From positions 1-59,175 of the forward strand of contig JAZNRT010000048.1 of the NCBI GenBank assembly GCA_045590875.1: a DNA stretch of 59,175 bases, written 5' to 3'. The DNA comes from Acutalibacteraceae bacterium (GTDB lineage Bacteria > Bacillota > Clostridia > Oscillospirales > Acutalibacteraceae). A program made the translations under genes and the position numbers. Below the pieces are notes generated by a model, which was not told where the DNA came from, ran no database searches, and was given only the letters and a program-made list of their open reading frames with translations. Positions 19,023-27,416 of the stretch are shown here, piece after piece; the stretch's first letter is position 1, and every line of letters begins with the position of its first letter.

Positions 19023-19454
19023 TCAAACCGTTACCTTGAAATCCACTCGGCATTTTGGGCAGGTGCAGGTATGCTTGCCCTTTTTTCTTGGTAATTTTAT
19101 TGTGGCGCGGCAATTAGGGCAGGTGCGGTAAACGTGGGTTTTGTGGTTGCGCCATTTTTCCTTTTGCAATCTGCATTTTGCCCAAAGAAGGGTTTTAATA
19201 TTAAGGAATTTCAGATTCTCCTGTTGCCGTTTGTAGATATTTCGGGAAAGAGTTCTGAAAAGGAATAAAAACATAGCAGCAAGGGTTAGAAGATAAATTA
19301 TTAAATATGGGATCCCCGCGTTTGGAATTCTTCTCACTATAGAGCCCGCTATAAAAAGAACAAAGTATACAATAAACAGGAATTTGTTAAGGCTGTCGGA
19401 GCCGTAGCGCCCGTACATAAAGCGTTGTAATGCCATTCTTATTCTGTACCACAT
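19023..19454 (-). CDS. membrane protein with a C-terminal zinc ribbon
   Basis: Two TM helices, then CPNC...CTCPKC (a 4-Cys ribbon). Confidence 0.55.
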   Translation of the reverse strand: MWYRIRMALQRFMYGRYGSDSLNKFLFIVYFVLFIAGSIVRRIPNAGIPYLIIYLLTLAAMFLFLFRTLSRNIYKRQQENLKFLNIKTLLWAKCRLQKEKWRNHKTHVYRTCPNCRATIKLPRKKGKHTCTCPKCRVDFKVTV

Positions 19455-19615
19455 AAACTAAAGTACCTCCAAACACAGATGGAAAAGTTTTATTATAATA
19501 TACACCATATTTTATAACAATATTTTAGAAATTAGTGAATTATTTATTAAATTTTCTTGCCCAGAGCAAAAGGGTGTGGTATACTGAAATCAGAAAACAA
19601 CAAAAGGGGTAGCTT

Positions 19616-20275
19616 ATGAGAACAGATACCATAAAATGTATAGAAGATAACAAGCTTATTGTTAATATGAAGGGATTTTCCGCCGATACACTGCTTTACT
19701 CGGTAGAGGCGCTTATAAAGGGTGGAATAAAGGCTGTGAAAATTCCCTTTAGCTCTGTTTCCAGCGAAGATGCTGAGAGGGAGTGTATTTTAAAAATCGC
19801 TGCGCTTAAAAAATGCTTTGGTAAGGATATAAAGGTGGGCGCAGGAAATGTGCTCAGCGACCGTGCTGTAAAGCTGGCTAAAGGTGCAGGTGCGGATTTC
19901 ATTTCTGCCCCTAATGTTTGCCGCGAGGTGATAGAGCGTGCAGCGGCTGTGGATGTGGCAATAATTTCTGCCGGATATACCGTTTCCGAAATGGTTAATG
20001 CCAATGCACTAGGTGCGGATTTTGTTATGCTTTATCCCACTATGGGCTCTAAAAATATCGACTATGTTCGGGCAGTTTCATCTGCACTGCCCCATATAAA
20101 AATAATGGCGGCAGGAGAGGTTGGTTACGATGATATCGTTCCTCTTAAGAAGGCAGGTATAGAACTCTTTTCCATTGGTGGCAGCCTTGCAAATGTCACC
20201 CTTGCTAGTAAGCAGGAATACGGAATTATGGAAATGGAAGCCAAACGATATGTAGAACTGCTTGCATCACTGTAA
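19616..20275 (+). CDS. KDPG/KHG aldolase (Eda)-like TIM-barrel protein, probably catalytically divergent
   Basis: Collinear by eye with Eda (VGAGNVLS, GADFISAP, SIGGSL). The positions of Eda Glu45 and Lys133 appear to be Lys and Met. Confidence 0.6.
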   Translation: MRTDTIKCIEDNKLIVNMKGFSADTLLYSVEALIKGGIKAVKIPFSSVSSEDAERECILKIAALKKCFGKDIKVGAGNVLSDRAVKLAKGAGADFISAPNVCREVIERAAAVDVAIISAGYTVSEMVNANALGADFVMLYPTMGSKNIDYVRAVSSALPHIKIMAAGEVGYDDIVPLKKAGIELFSIGGSLANVTLASKQEYGIMEMEAKRYVELLASL

Positions 20276-20339
20276 AAAATGCATATTCATAAAATTCAAA
20301 AGCGAGTTACACCTATTTGATGTAATTCGCTTTTTGTTT

Positions 20340-20975
20340 TCAGTTTTTAACAAGAACAATATATCCGTTATTGTCTGTGTTTGAAATATAAAGCCTTGTA
20401 TCATCGCAGTACCAATATTCATACTTGCTGCTGGAAAAATTGTCGAGATTACTGCTCCAATGATAGGTAGTGGTATCTACAATAAGACGGTTTCCTTCTA
20501 CCTTCCAGCAATAGCTTGCAAGAGTTTCATCATTACCTAATATAGGGTTTTTGATAAAAACAAAACCGTCGTCTGAAAAGGTGTAGGTATAGCCGGCAGA
20601 CCAGGCATCTTCGGTTTCCACTGTCCATTTGCCCATGATGTCTGCCACAGCGGCTTTGGAATTAGAAAGCTCAATGCTGAGTAACACAATTGAGAGAGTG
20701 AGAAGCACCGCGATTATAATTGATGAAACCTTGAGCATACGCGTACGACGGCGGGAGCGCCTACGCTTTTTGTTACCTCTTCTGTGAGAATGGGGAAGCT
20801 TATGAGGGCGGTAAAATTCACTAGCTTTATTATCGTATGCCTTGTTGGGGTTTTCGTAGACGGTATCTTTATCATATATTTCGCAGCTTGGTGCCGAATA
20901 TTCGGTGGCGGGCTTTCGCGACGGGAGTGCCGAGCTGTCGTTATTATTTGCTTCGTCGCATTTTGGGCAGTGCAT
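20340..20975 (-). CDS. membrane-anchored protein, paralogue 3 (N-terminal Cys pair, Arg-rich stretch, TM, conserved C-terminal domain)
   Basis: MHCPKCDE..., NKKRRRSRRRTR, TM helix IIIAVLLTLSIVLLSI. The C-terminal domain is shared with the two upstream ORFs. Confidence 0.6.
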   Translation of the reverse strand: MHCPKCDEANNNDSSALPSRKPATEYSAPSCEIYDKDTVYENPNKAYDNKASEFYRPHKLPHSHRRGNKKRRRSRRRTRMLKVSSIIIAVLLTLSIVLLSIELSNSKAAVADIMGKWTVETEDAWSAGYTYTFSDDGFVFIKNPILGNDETLASYCWKVEGNRLIVDTTTYHWSSNLDNFSSSKYEYWYCDDTRLYISNTDNNGYIVLVKN

Positions 20976-20999
20976 TGGTATGTAGGTCCTTTCTAATTT

Positions 21000-21458
21000 C
21001 TAATCACGCTGGTAGGTTTCACAGTAAAGCGAAGTGCTTTGACCGATGTAAAGAGTGTTTTTTGAAACAAACCAATATTTTTTAGCGGTTTTGGAGTTTT
21101 CATTGTAATAGTTTTCGTAGTCGGGGTCCCAAGTGTATTTAATTCGGTCGTTAATCACCAGTGTTTTATTCGGTGTAACATACCACGTAAATTTCTTTTC
21201 GGCGCTGTATCCGTCGGGGTGCAGGTAGGTTTTGGTACCGTTACCATCTTCGGAAAACACATAGCTTTCGGTGTATTTATTGCCCGAATATATGCCGCTG
21301 CGCATACGGGACCATTCCCCCGACACCTTTTCGGCAGGAGAAAGGAAAAATCCGTTGTGGTTCAGTATAAATAGGGTTGCGGCAACAATTACAACGGTGG
21401 GTATAATAATGGTCGTAAGCCTTATTAAAGGCTTAGGAGATTTAACATTCTTCTTCAT
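21000..21458 (-). CDS. membrane-anchored protein, paralogue 2 (no zinc ribbon)
   Basis: N-terminal TM helix. The C-terminal domain GEWSR...YVFSEDGNG...FTWYV..NKTLVI...YTWDPDYENY...YWFVSKNTLYI is alignable to its neighbours. Confidence 0.6.
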   Translation of the reverse strand: MKKNVKSPKPLIRLTTIIIPTVVIVAATLFILNHNGFFLSPAEKVSGEWSRMRSGIYSGNKYTESYVFSEDGNGTKTYLHPDGYSAEKKFTWYVTPNKTLVINDRIKYTWDPDYENYYNENSKTAKKYWFVSKNTLYIGQSTSLYCETYQRD

Positions 21459-21461
21459 AGG

Positions 21462-22001
21462 CTATTTAGTGTATACATAGTAACCCGTTTGAGAGGCAGT
21501 AGAGCTGAGATACAGCTTGTCTCCCTTAACAAACCAGTTATATTCGTTTGCAGAAAGGTTGTAGCTATTGTAATCGGGATTCCAGATGTACCTATGACAG
21601 CTGGTGTTACTCCAGAGCAGAATAAGCTCGTTATCTTCGGTGATGTACCAATCAAAAGCGGCTTCGCCTGCGGGTTGGTTTTGATTTTGAGAATTATATG
21701 TGTTGGTGCCGCCCTTTGAAGTGAATGTATAAACCACTGTGTCTGTAACGGAGGAGTCGGAATTATTCCGTACCCAAACACCCTTGATTTGCGATTCAGG
21801 GCTGTTGGTTAACTGATTTACCGCAAAAAACACAGCAAAGCAAACAGCCAAAACAGCTAGCACAGCTGCTATAAGCACTGTTTTGCGTCGGGGTTTCACT
21901 GTTCCATTACCACTGGAAACAACATCAAACAGGGGTTGCCCGCATTCGTTGCAGAATTTTGCACTGTCGGCATTTGCGGTACCACAGTAATTACAGTTCA
22001 T
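21462..22001 (-). CDS. zinc-ribbon, membrane-anchored protein, paralogue 1
   Basis: MNCNYCG...FCNECG ribbon, TM helix, C-terminal domain GVWVR...YTFTSKGG...FDWYI..NELIL...YIWNPDYNSY...NWFVKGDKLYL. The ATG at 22001 follows GGAGGAAA; the track start at 22019 is an extension. Confidence 0.65.
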   Translation of the reverse strand: MNCNYCGTANADSAKFCNECGQPLFDVVSSGNGTVKPRRKTVLIAAVLAVLAVCFAVFFAVNQLTNSPESQIKGVWVRNNSDSSVTDTVVYTFTSKGGTNTYNSQNQNQPAGEAAFDWYITEDNELILLWSNTSCHRYIWNPDYNSYNLSANEYNWFVKGDKLYLSSTASQTGYYVYTK

Positions 22002-22183
22002 AACTATTTCCTCCATCATATATTAACAAAGAGCATATTCATTATAACATTTAATATCATCGGTTTCAATAAATTTTTCAAATATTCCGAAATTTAAAAA
22101 TAATAGTAATCGCGGTATTGCACTGTAAAAAATTTGTGGTAAAATATAACTAGAAAAGCAAAATTATTTTTAGGGGAATTGAA

Positions 22184-22828
22184 ATGAAGGTATCACCATC
22201 TGTGCTCACGGCAGACTTTTTAAATTTAGAGGAGAAGCTCAGGGAATTCGAAAGACTAGGCATTGATTATTTACATATTGATGTTATGGACGGTGCCTTT
22301 GTGCCGAACATTTCCTTTGGTGTCCCTGTAATAAAATCCATAGCCGCCCACACTTCGCTTCCGCTGGATATTCATTTAATGATAGATAGCCCCAGCCGTT
22401 ACATTAAGGATTTTGCCCCTTATGCACATTTTCTTAATATACATTTCGAGGCAGAAGCTAACCCCCAAAAAACCCTTCGGGAAATAAGAGAGCTGGGCTG
22501 TCGCCCCGCAATAACCATAAAGCCGGGCACTGATCCTACCGAAATTTTCCATCTGCTGCCTTTAGTGGATATGGTGCTGGTTATGTCGGTTGAGCCGGGC
22601 TTCGGCGGTCAGAAATTTATGCCCTCAGCACTGCAGAAGCTAAGGGCGCTCAAAGCAGAAGCCGAGCGTTTAGATATAGAAATTGAGCTTGAAGTAGATG
22701 GGGGAGTAAATACCGAAACCGCCCCGCTTTGTGCTGAAGCAGGGGCTACTGTGTTGGTTGCGGGAAGCTTTTTATTCAATGCAGACGATACCGCCTCTGC
22801 CGTAAAATCATTAAAATCATTATCCTAG
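22184..22828 (+). CDS. rpe: ribulose-phosphate 3-epimerase
   Basis: HIDVMDGAFVPNISFG, VEPGFGGQKF and VDGGV motifs. Confidence 0.9.
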   Translation: MKVSPSVLTADFLNLEEKLREFERLGIDYLHIDVMDGAFVPNISFGVPVIKSIAAHTSLPLDIHLMIDSPSRYIKDFAPYAHFLNIHFEAEANPQKTLREIRELGCRPAITIKPGTDPTEIFHLLPLVDMVLVMSVEPGFGGQKFMPSALQKLRALKAEAERLDIEIELEVDGGVNTETAPLCAEAGATVLVAGSFLFNADDTASAVKSLKSLS

Positions 22829-23401
22829 TTTACTGCCGATTTCCATAATTGCATTTTCGCCCGTGAGCGCTTTACCGTGCTCGCGGGTGTACTTGTTTAT
22901 GTGCCTGCCCATAAGGAACAAATCCGAAAATTCCTTAGCCCTTATAAGCGGAGTTAGTTGGGGGTTGCCCTCCACAGTAAGTACAAATTTATCTTCAATG
23001 CTGTATAAACAGCTTGTAAGCTTCAGGGTGTCTTCATTTGCATAAAGCAGCTTGATTGCCTGCAAAAGAGCCTCTCCCTCTTTAAAAATGTAATTATAGC
23101 AGTTGTCGGTACCTGCCTTCACCTGTTTCAGCCTAAGCCGTTTTTTTGCGGTACTTTTTTCAAGGGGTGTGAAGTATAAAACTCCACCGCCGTCAAGGGA
23201 GGGGTATGCCTCAATAAGCAATCGGCCTGAGTCTAGATTTTTCCCTATTCTATAGGAAGCCATTTTAAAAACCGCACGCAGTAAAAGCCTTGTGTCGGGG
23301 TCTGAGCAATCTATTTCTTTTATGGAAATACCTAAATTCTCAACATCGCTTGAACTCAGTATAACCTTAATCCTGCCCATATTGTCGGGAACAACTGTCA
23401 T
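22820..23401 (-). CDS. MecA-like adaptor protein
   Basis: By-eye collinearity with B. subtilis MecA: N-terminal ...IKVILSSSDVENLGI, mid LLIEAYPSLDGGGVLYFT, C-terminal ...YTREHGKALTGENAIMEIGSKL. I chose the start at ATG 23401 (AGCGAGG upstream). The track start at 23512 adds a hydrophobic, poorly supported extension. Confidence 0.5.
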   Translation of the reverse strand: MTVVPDNMGRIKVILSSSDVENLGISIKEIDCSDPDTRLLLRAVFKMASYRIGKNLDSGRLLIEAYPSLDGGGVLYFTPLEKSTAKKRLRLKQVKAGTDNCYNYIFKEGEALLQAIKLLYANEDTLKLTSCLYSIEDKFVLTVEGNPQLTPLIRAKEFSDLFLMGRHINKYTREHGKALTGENAIMEIGSKLG

Positions 23402-23667
23402 AAAGCAAAACCTCGCTTTCTTTATTATTATATTACGACCCGATTTGTCCGTGTGCAAGCGGAAAAGCTTGGATGTAAAAAATATGCAGAATAGAAGGAA
23501 TAGAAGCGGCATTTGCCAAAGCTGACGGTATTTACTGGTGCTTATTGGTTATTTTTTGGCAGTGTTTTGGTCTTGAAAATAATGTTTCAAAGAGATATAA
23601 TAAAAGTAAAGACAGCATATTCTTAAATTAGCAAGTTGTTAAATTTCCTTTAGAAGGGAGTATTTTT

Positions 23668-24555
23668 ATGAAAAAACCTATTTTTTCGGGTGTTGCAACG
23701 GCACTTATAACCCCATTTGACAAGGAAGGAAATGTGGATTTTGCCAGCTTTGAAAGGCTTGTGGAATGGCAGATATCGGAGGGTATAAACGGTCTGGTAA
23801 TCTGTGGCACTACAGGTGAAAAAGCCACCCTCAACGACGAGGAGCATTGCGATGTTCTGCGCTGTGCCGTAAAGACTGCTCGCGGCAGAGTGCCCATTAT
23901 TGCGGGAACAGGCTCCAACGATACCGCCCACGCAGTTTGGATGACCGCTAAGGCGGCTGAAATAGGCTGTGATGCGGTGCTGGTTTGCACACCTTATTAC
24001 AATAAAACCACTCAGGAAGGCTTGGTGGAAATGTACCGCGTTATAGCCGATGCCTCGAAGCTTCCTATTATAGTGTATAATGTTCCGTCGAGAACGGGTG
24101 TGGAAATAGCTCCCGAAACCTATTTACAAATTGCCCAACATCCAATGATTTGCGGCATAAAAGAGGCAAACGGCGATATTTCAAAAATAGTTAAAACTCA
24201 GCATCTGGTAGGTGATAAGCTGGCGATGTATTCGGGCAACGACGACCAGACAGTGCCCATTATGAGTGTTGGCGGTATCGGTGTTATTTCAGTGCTTTCC
24301 AATGTTTGTCCAAAATTAACCCTTAATATGACCAATCTCGCGCTTGAGGGCAAATGGAAAGAGGCGGCGGCTCTGCAGTTAAAGCTTGTTCCGCTGATTA
24401 ACGCACTGTTCAGCGAGGTTAACCCAATACCTGTAAAGGCGGCTATGCATGAGCTTGGCTTCTGCGAAAATAAGCTTCGGCTGCCCCTTATTCCTATGAG
24501 CGCGTCTAAATTTGAAATATTGCGCAAATGTATGGGCGAACTGAATTTAATTTAG
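23668..24555 (+). CDS. dapA: 4-hydroxy-tetrahydrodipicolinate synthase
   Basis: GTTGE motif, YNVPSRTG, and the Schiff-base lysine context GIKEANGD. Confidence 0.92.
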   Translation: MKKPIFSGVATALITPFDKEGNVDFASFERLVEWQISEGINGLVICGTTGEKATLNDEEHCDVLRCAVKTARGRVPIIAGTGSNDTAHAVWMTAKAAEIGCDAVLVCTPYYNKTTQEGLVEMYRVIADASKLPIIVYNVPSRTGVEIAPETYLQIAQHPMICGIKEANGDISKIVKTQHLVGDKLAMYSGNDDQTVPIMSVGGIGVISVLSNVCPKLTLNMTNLALEGKWKEAAALQLKLVPLINALFSEVNPIPVKAAMHELGFCENKLRLPLIPMSASKFEILRKCMGELNLI

Positions 24556-24570
24556 ACAAACGGTAATTAT

Positions 24571-24638
24571 ACCCTCTTTTTAGCCAGGTGTCTTGTATTG
24601 AGTTACAGCACCTTCAACTAAAAGGAGGGTGTTTTTTT
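24571..24638 (+). terminator. long-hairpin rho-independent terminator after dapA
   Basis: ACCCTCTTTTTAG...CTAAAAGGAGGGT outer stem with an inner AGGTG/CACCT stem, followed by TTTTTTT. Confidence 0.65.
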
Positions 24639-24729
24639 GTATAAAAATGATACTTGTTCTAAGGCTGGTGGTATTGTATAATAAAGGTGTATAGGTGGCT
24701 TTATGCCAAAAATAATGGAGGAAGCATAT

Positions 24730-27000
24730 ATGAAAACACAAGCCAAAGGATTTACAGCACTGTTTTTATGCATGGCAATTTCTCTTTCCACACTCACTCT
24801 TTCGGTCTTTGCCAATACCGAAGCTGTGGAATACACAGATATCTCAACCGTAGAGCAGCTACTTAGTATAGAAGATAATTTATCGGGTAATTATCGCTTG
24901 GTAAACGATATAATATTCGGCGAAACAGATACTTTTTCTCCAATCGGAGACGGCACAGCAAAATCCGGTTGGTTTACAGGCACTCTCGACGGCAACGGTT
25001 ATACTATCAGAAATTTACATATTGCGCCCCCCGATGCCACAAGTAGCACAACCTTCGGTGGGTTGTTTGAATATGTTTACCAAGCTACAATTCAAAATCT
25101 TATAATCGAAAACGTATCTGCCACCATAGGTGATTTTCAGTATCTCAATTTAGGAGCCCTCGGCGGTACTATATCAAAAAGCACTATTGAAAACTGTTAT
25201 GTCAGCGGTAGCTTTAAGCTTACAACAGGCGGCAGCTCCGTATTTGTAGGCGGCATATGCGGCGTAGGTGCAAACACCACCATTAAAAATGTCGGCTCCG
25301 ATGTGGATTTAAGCTACAGTGACGTGGTTAATAACAACATATATGCAGGCGGTCTGTCGGGTAATTTCGACGGTCAGATAATCTCCTGCGGTAACGAGGG
25401 CAATTTTGCCGTAACGGGAACCACCAATGATTTTTCTGCAATTCTTGGCGGTATGGTAGGAATGACAGATACAAGGTCACTTCATATAGAAAACTGTATT
25501 AACAGAGGTAATATAAGTGCCGACACAAAGGCAACCGCAATTGCGGGTGGTATGGTGGGAAAAAGCTCTGTTACTACCACACTTGTAGGCAATATGAATT
25601 TTGGCACAATTTCTGCAGTATCCACCTTTGAATCAGGCTTTAACCCCGATGCTCATAAAATAGGTTCAGGTGCTATTGCCGGAATTGCCGATGCAACCTG
25701 TACCGACAACTATTATTTAAGCGGCAGTAATTCTTCTGCTTGTAGTAGCGGAAATACTACAGCAGCGGCTAAAACCTTACTGGAGCTTCGGGAAATAGCA
25801 GCAAATAATGAATGTTTTTATCTTCCCAAAAGTGCCACCGAAACCCCTTGGATAGCTGCTTGGCAGTGCTATTCTTCGGGCCACACCGAGGTTATCGACG
25901 AGGCAGTTGCCCCCGATTGCGATAGCACAGGTCTTACCGAAGGTAAACACTGCTCAGTTTGTAACGAAGTTCTTGTAGCTCAAGAAGAAGTTGCGGCACT
26001 CGGTCATACCGAGGGCGAAGCAGTAACAGAAAATGTAGTTAATGCAGACTGCGATACAGATGGCTCTTACGACACCGTCATATACTGCTCGGTATGTGAC
26101 GAAGAACTCTCAAGAGTGACCACACCTGTTGCGGCACTTGGTCATAGCTATGATGACGATTTCGATACCGATTGTAACGTTTGCGGCGAAACCCGTGAAG
26201 TTCTTATAGCAACCTTTGTTGACAAAAACGGCAACGAAATTTTCAAGGCTATCATTGGTGCCGACGGCAAGATTTCTGCCGACGATATAGCTGCCGCTGA
26301 AGCAAAGGCTCCCGTAGAGTTCGGTTACGACCGCGATGGTTGGGATAGGGATCTAGACCTTGTATACACCGAAAGCTTCACAATTAAGGCTCGGTACATC
26401 AAGAGCACCGAAACCTATACAGTTACTCTTACCGATACAAACCATAATGTTGCCACAAGTGAAATCGCATTAGATCAACGCTTCACTATTGAAGACGAGA
26501 ATGCACTTTCCTTCATCGTTAACGGTCAGGTGATCGGCGGTGCAGGCGAAGTAACACTTTACGGCTGTGGTGAACTCGAAATCGTTGCTTCTGATGAAGC
26601 TGCTCCCACAACACCTGTTGTAGCAATCCTTAAGAGCGATATCTTAAAGATGGCTGACGGCACAAATGCCCTTCGTATTTTCACAAATGTTTACAATCCT
26701 GAAGATGCCGCTATCACCGATCAGGGCGTTATCTTCATCTCCGGCACCGACTATAATAATTACGGATTTGAAAATGATGCTACTAACTTCACCAAGGATA
26801 AGATTGAGGGAGTATGGGCGGCTAACAGATATGTAATATTAAATAGCACAAAAGACGCAGACCAGATGCTTGCAACTCTCGAAGGTATTGCTAACATAAA
26901 TGGTCTCAAGCGCGTTGCTCGTGCGTACGCAGTTGTAAGTGGAGAAACAATCTACAGTGATTACGTTTCAGTTAACGATATGTACATTGCTAATAACTAA
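24730..27000 (+). CDS. secreted GLUG-motif repeat protein with Cys/His repeat modules
   Basis: Signal peptide [28 protein letters not shown]. Repeated GG(L/I/M)xG GLUG-like motifs. Three GH-x-C-x-G-x-C-x2-C modules. The ATG at 24730 lies 8 nt after GGAGGA. Confidence 0.75.
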   Translation: MKTQAKGFTALFLCMAISLSTLTLSVFANTEAVEYTDISTVEQLLSIEDNLSGNYRLVNDIIFGETDTFSPIGDGTAKSGWFTGTLDGNGYTIRNLHIAPPDATSSTTFGGLFEYVYQATIQNLIIENVSATIGDFQYLNLGALGGTISKSTIENCYVSGSFKLTTGGSSVFVGGICGVGANTTIKNVGSDVDLSYSDVVNNNIYAGGLSGNFDGQIISCGNEGNFAVTGTTNDFSAILGGMVGMTDTRSLHIENCINRGNISADTKATAIAGGMVGKSSVTTTLVGNMNFGTISAVSTFESGFNPDAHKIGSGAIAGIADATCTDNYYLSGSNSSACSSGNTTAAAKTLLELREIAANNECFYLPKSATETPWIAAWQCYSSGHTEVIDEAVAPDCDSTGLTEGKHCSVCNEVLVAQEEVAALGHTEGEAVTENVVNADCDTDGSYDTVIYCSVCDEELSRVTTPVAALGHSYDDDFDTDCNVCGETREVLIATFVDKNGNEIFKAIIGADGKISADDIAAAEAKAPVEFGYDRDGWDRDLDLVYTESFTIKARYIKSTETYTVTLTDTNHNVATSEIALDQRFTIEDENALSFIVNGQVIGGAGEVTLYGCGELEIVASDEAAPTTPVVAILKSDILKMADGTNALRIFTNVYNPEDAAITDQGVIFISGTDYNNYGFENDATNFTKDKIEGVWAANRYVILNSTKDADQMLATLEGIANINGLKRVARAYAVVSGETIYSDYVSVNDMYIANN

Positions 27001-27045
27001 GAAAAAAGCTTCCGTTTTGGGCACCCTCCGTAAGGAAGGTGCCCC

Positions 27046-27144
27046 AGTTATATTCGCCTTGACACGCGAGTGATATTGCTTCGCAGTGATATGATACTTC
27101 GTATCGTGATATTGTCCTTCGGACAGTTTAAGGGCGAATATAAT
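27046..27144 (+). repeat. internal array: 5 units of AGT(T/G)ATATT, each followed by a short GC hairpin
   Basis: 9-mers at 27046, 27069, 27085, 27106 and 27125. Closed by GGCGAATATAAT (27133-27144), which is complementary to the first unit. Confidence 0.8.
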
Positions 27145-27285
27145 ACCACTGAAACCGCAAGGTTTCAATATCACTTTTGCATGATAAGGCAAAAATAAAA
27201 CTGTGAGCCCTGTCTCGCAATATCACTATTAAAGATTGAGTTTAGATTCTTTGAGATAGGTATTATTCAAAGTATGTAACCCACT

Positions 27286-27317
27286 ATGACACTTTCAAAC
27301 TGAAAGTGTCATTTTTA
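27286..27317 (+). terminator. rho-independent terminator (plus strand) inside repeat copy 1
   Basis: 12-bp stem ATGACACTTTCA / TGAAAGTGTCAT followed by TTTTTAT. Confidence 0.6.
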
Positions 27318-27319
27318 TA

Positions 27320-27361
27320 TTAAAAAAACAAATGGAGAGCACTTCTTTACGAAGTGTCTCC
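27320..27361 (-). terminator. rho-independent terminator of the ior-paaK-ACT operon (minus strand)
   Basis: GGAGACACTTC gtaaa GAAGTGCTCTCC followed by ATTTGTTTTTTT on the minus strand. Confidence 0.65.
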
Positions 27362-27416
27362 ATTTTGACGGAAGCTTTTTTAAAAATTTCTGCTAATAAA
27401 AGTGTGTAGGTTGTTA

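Larger units (their letters stand above)
27019..27361 (+). repeat. copy 1 of a ~350-nt structured intergenic repeat (second copy at 53101-53460)
   Basis: Collinear with 53101-53460 in the same orientation. The right ~115 nt is nearly identical. The left part is diverged, but the hairpins are preserved by compensatory changes. Confidence 0.85.

Noticed and set aside
22820-23512. ORF-track N-terminal extensions starting at TTG, GTG or upstream ATG codons. Examples: 23512 for the MecA-like gene, 29188 paaK, 10945 glgP, 53008 surface protein, 56559 dnaK, 58195 hrcA, 40336 lgt, 39056 M16, 35192 XRE-TM, 12628, 22019, 24703 and 368.
   Set aside because: In each case a downstream ATG has a properly spaced Shine-Dalgarno sequence and gives the family-typical N-terminus. 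The hrcA extension would even run through the CIRCE operator.
27046-27144. Could the 9-mer/hairpin array be a CRISPR array or a type III toxin-antitoxin (ToxI-like) RNA repeat?
   Set aside because: Units are only 16-22 nt, with a 9-nt repeat, far below CRISPR repeat/spacer sizes. There are no cas genes. No toxin ORF follows the array, and known type III antitoxin repeats are about 34-40 nt.
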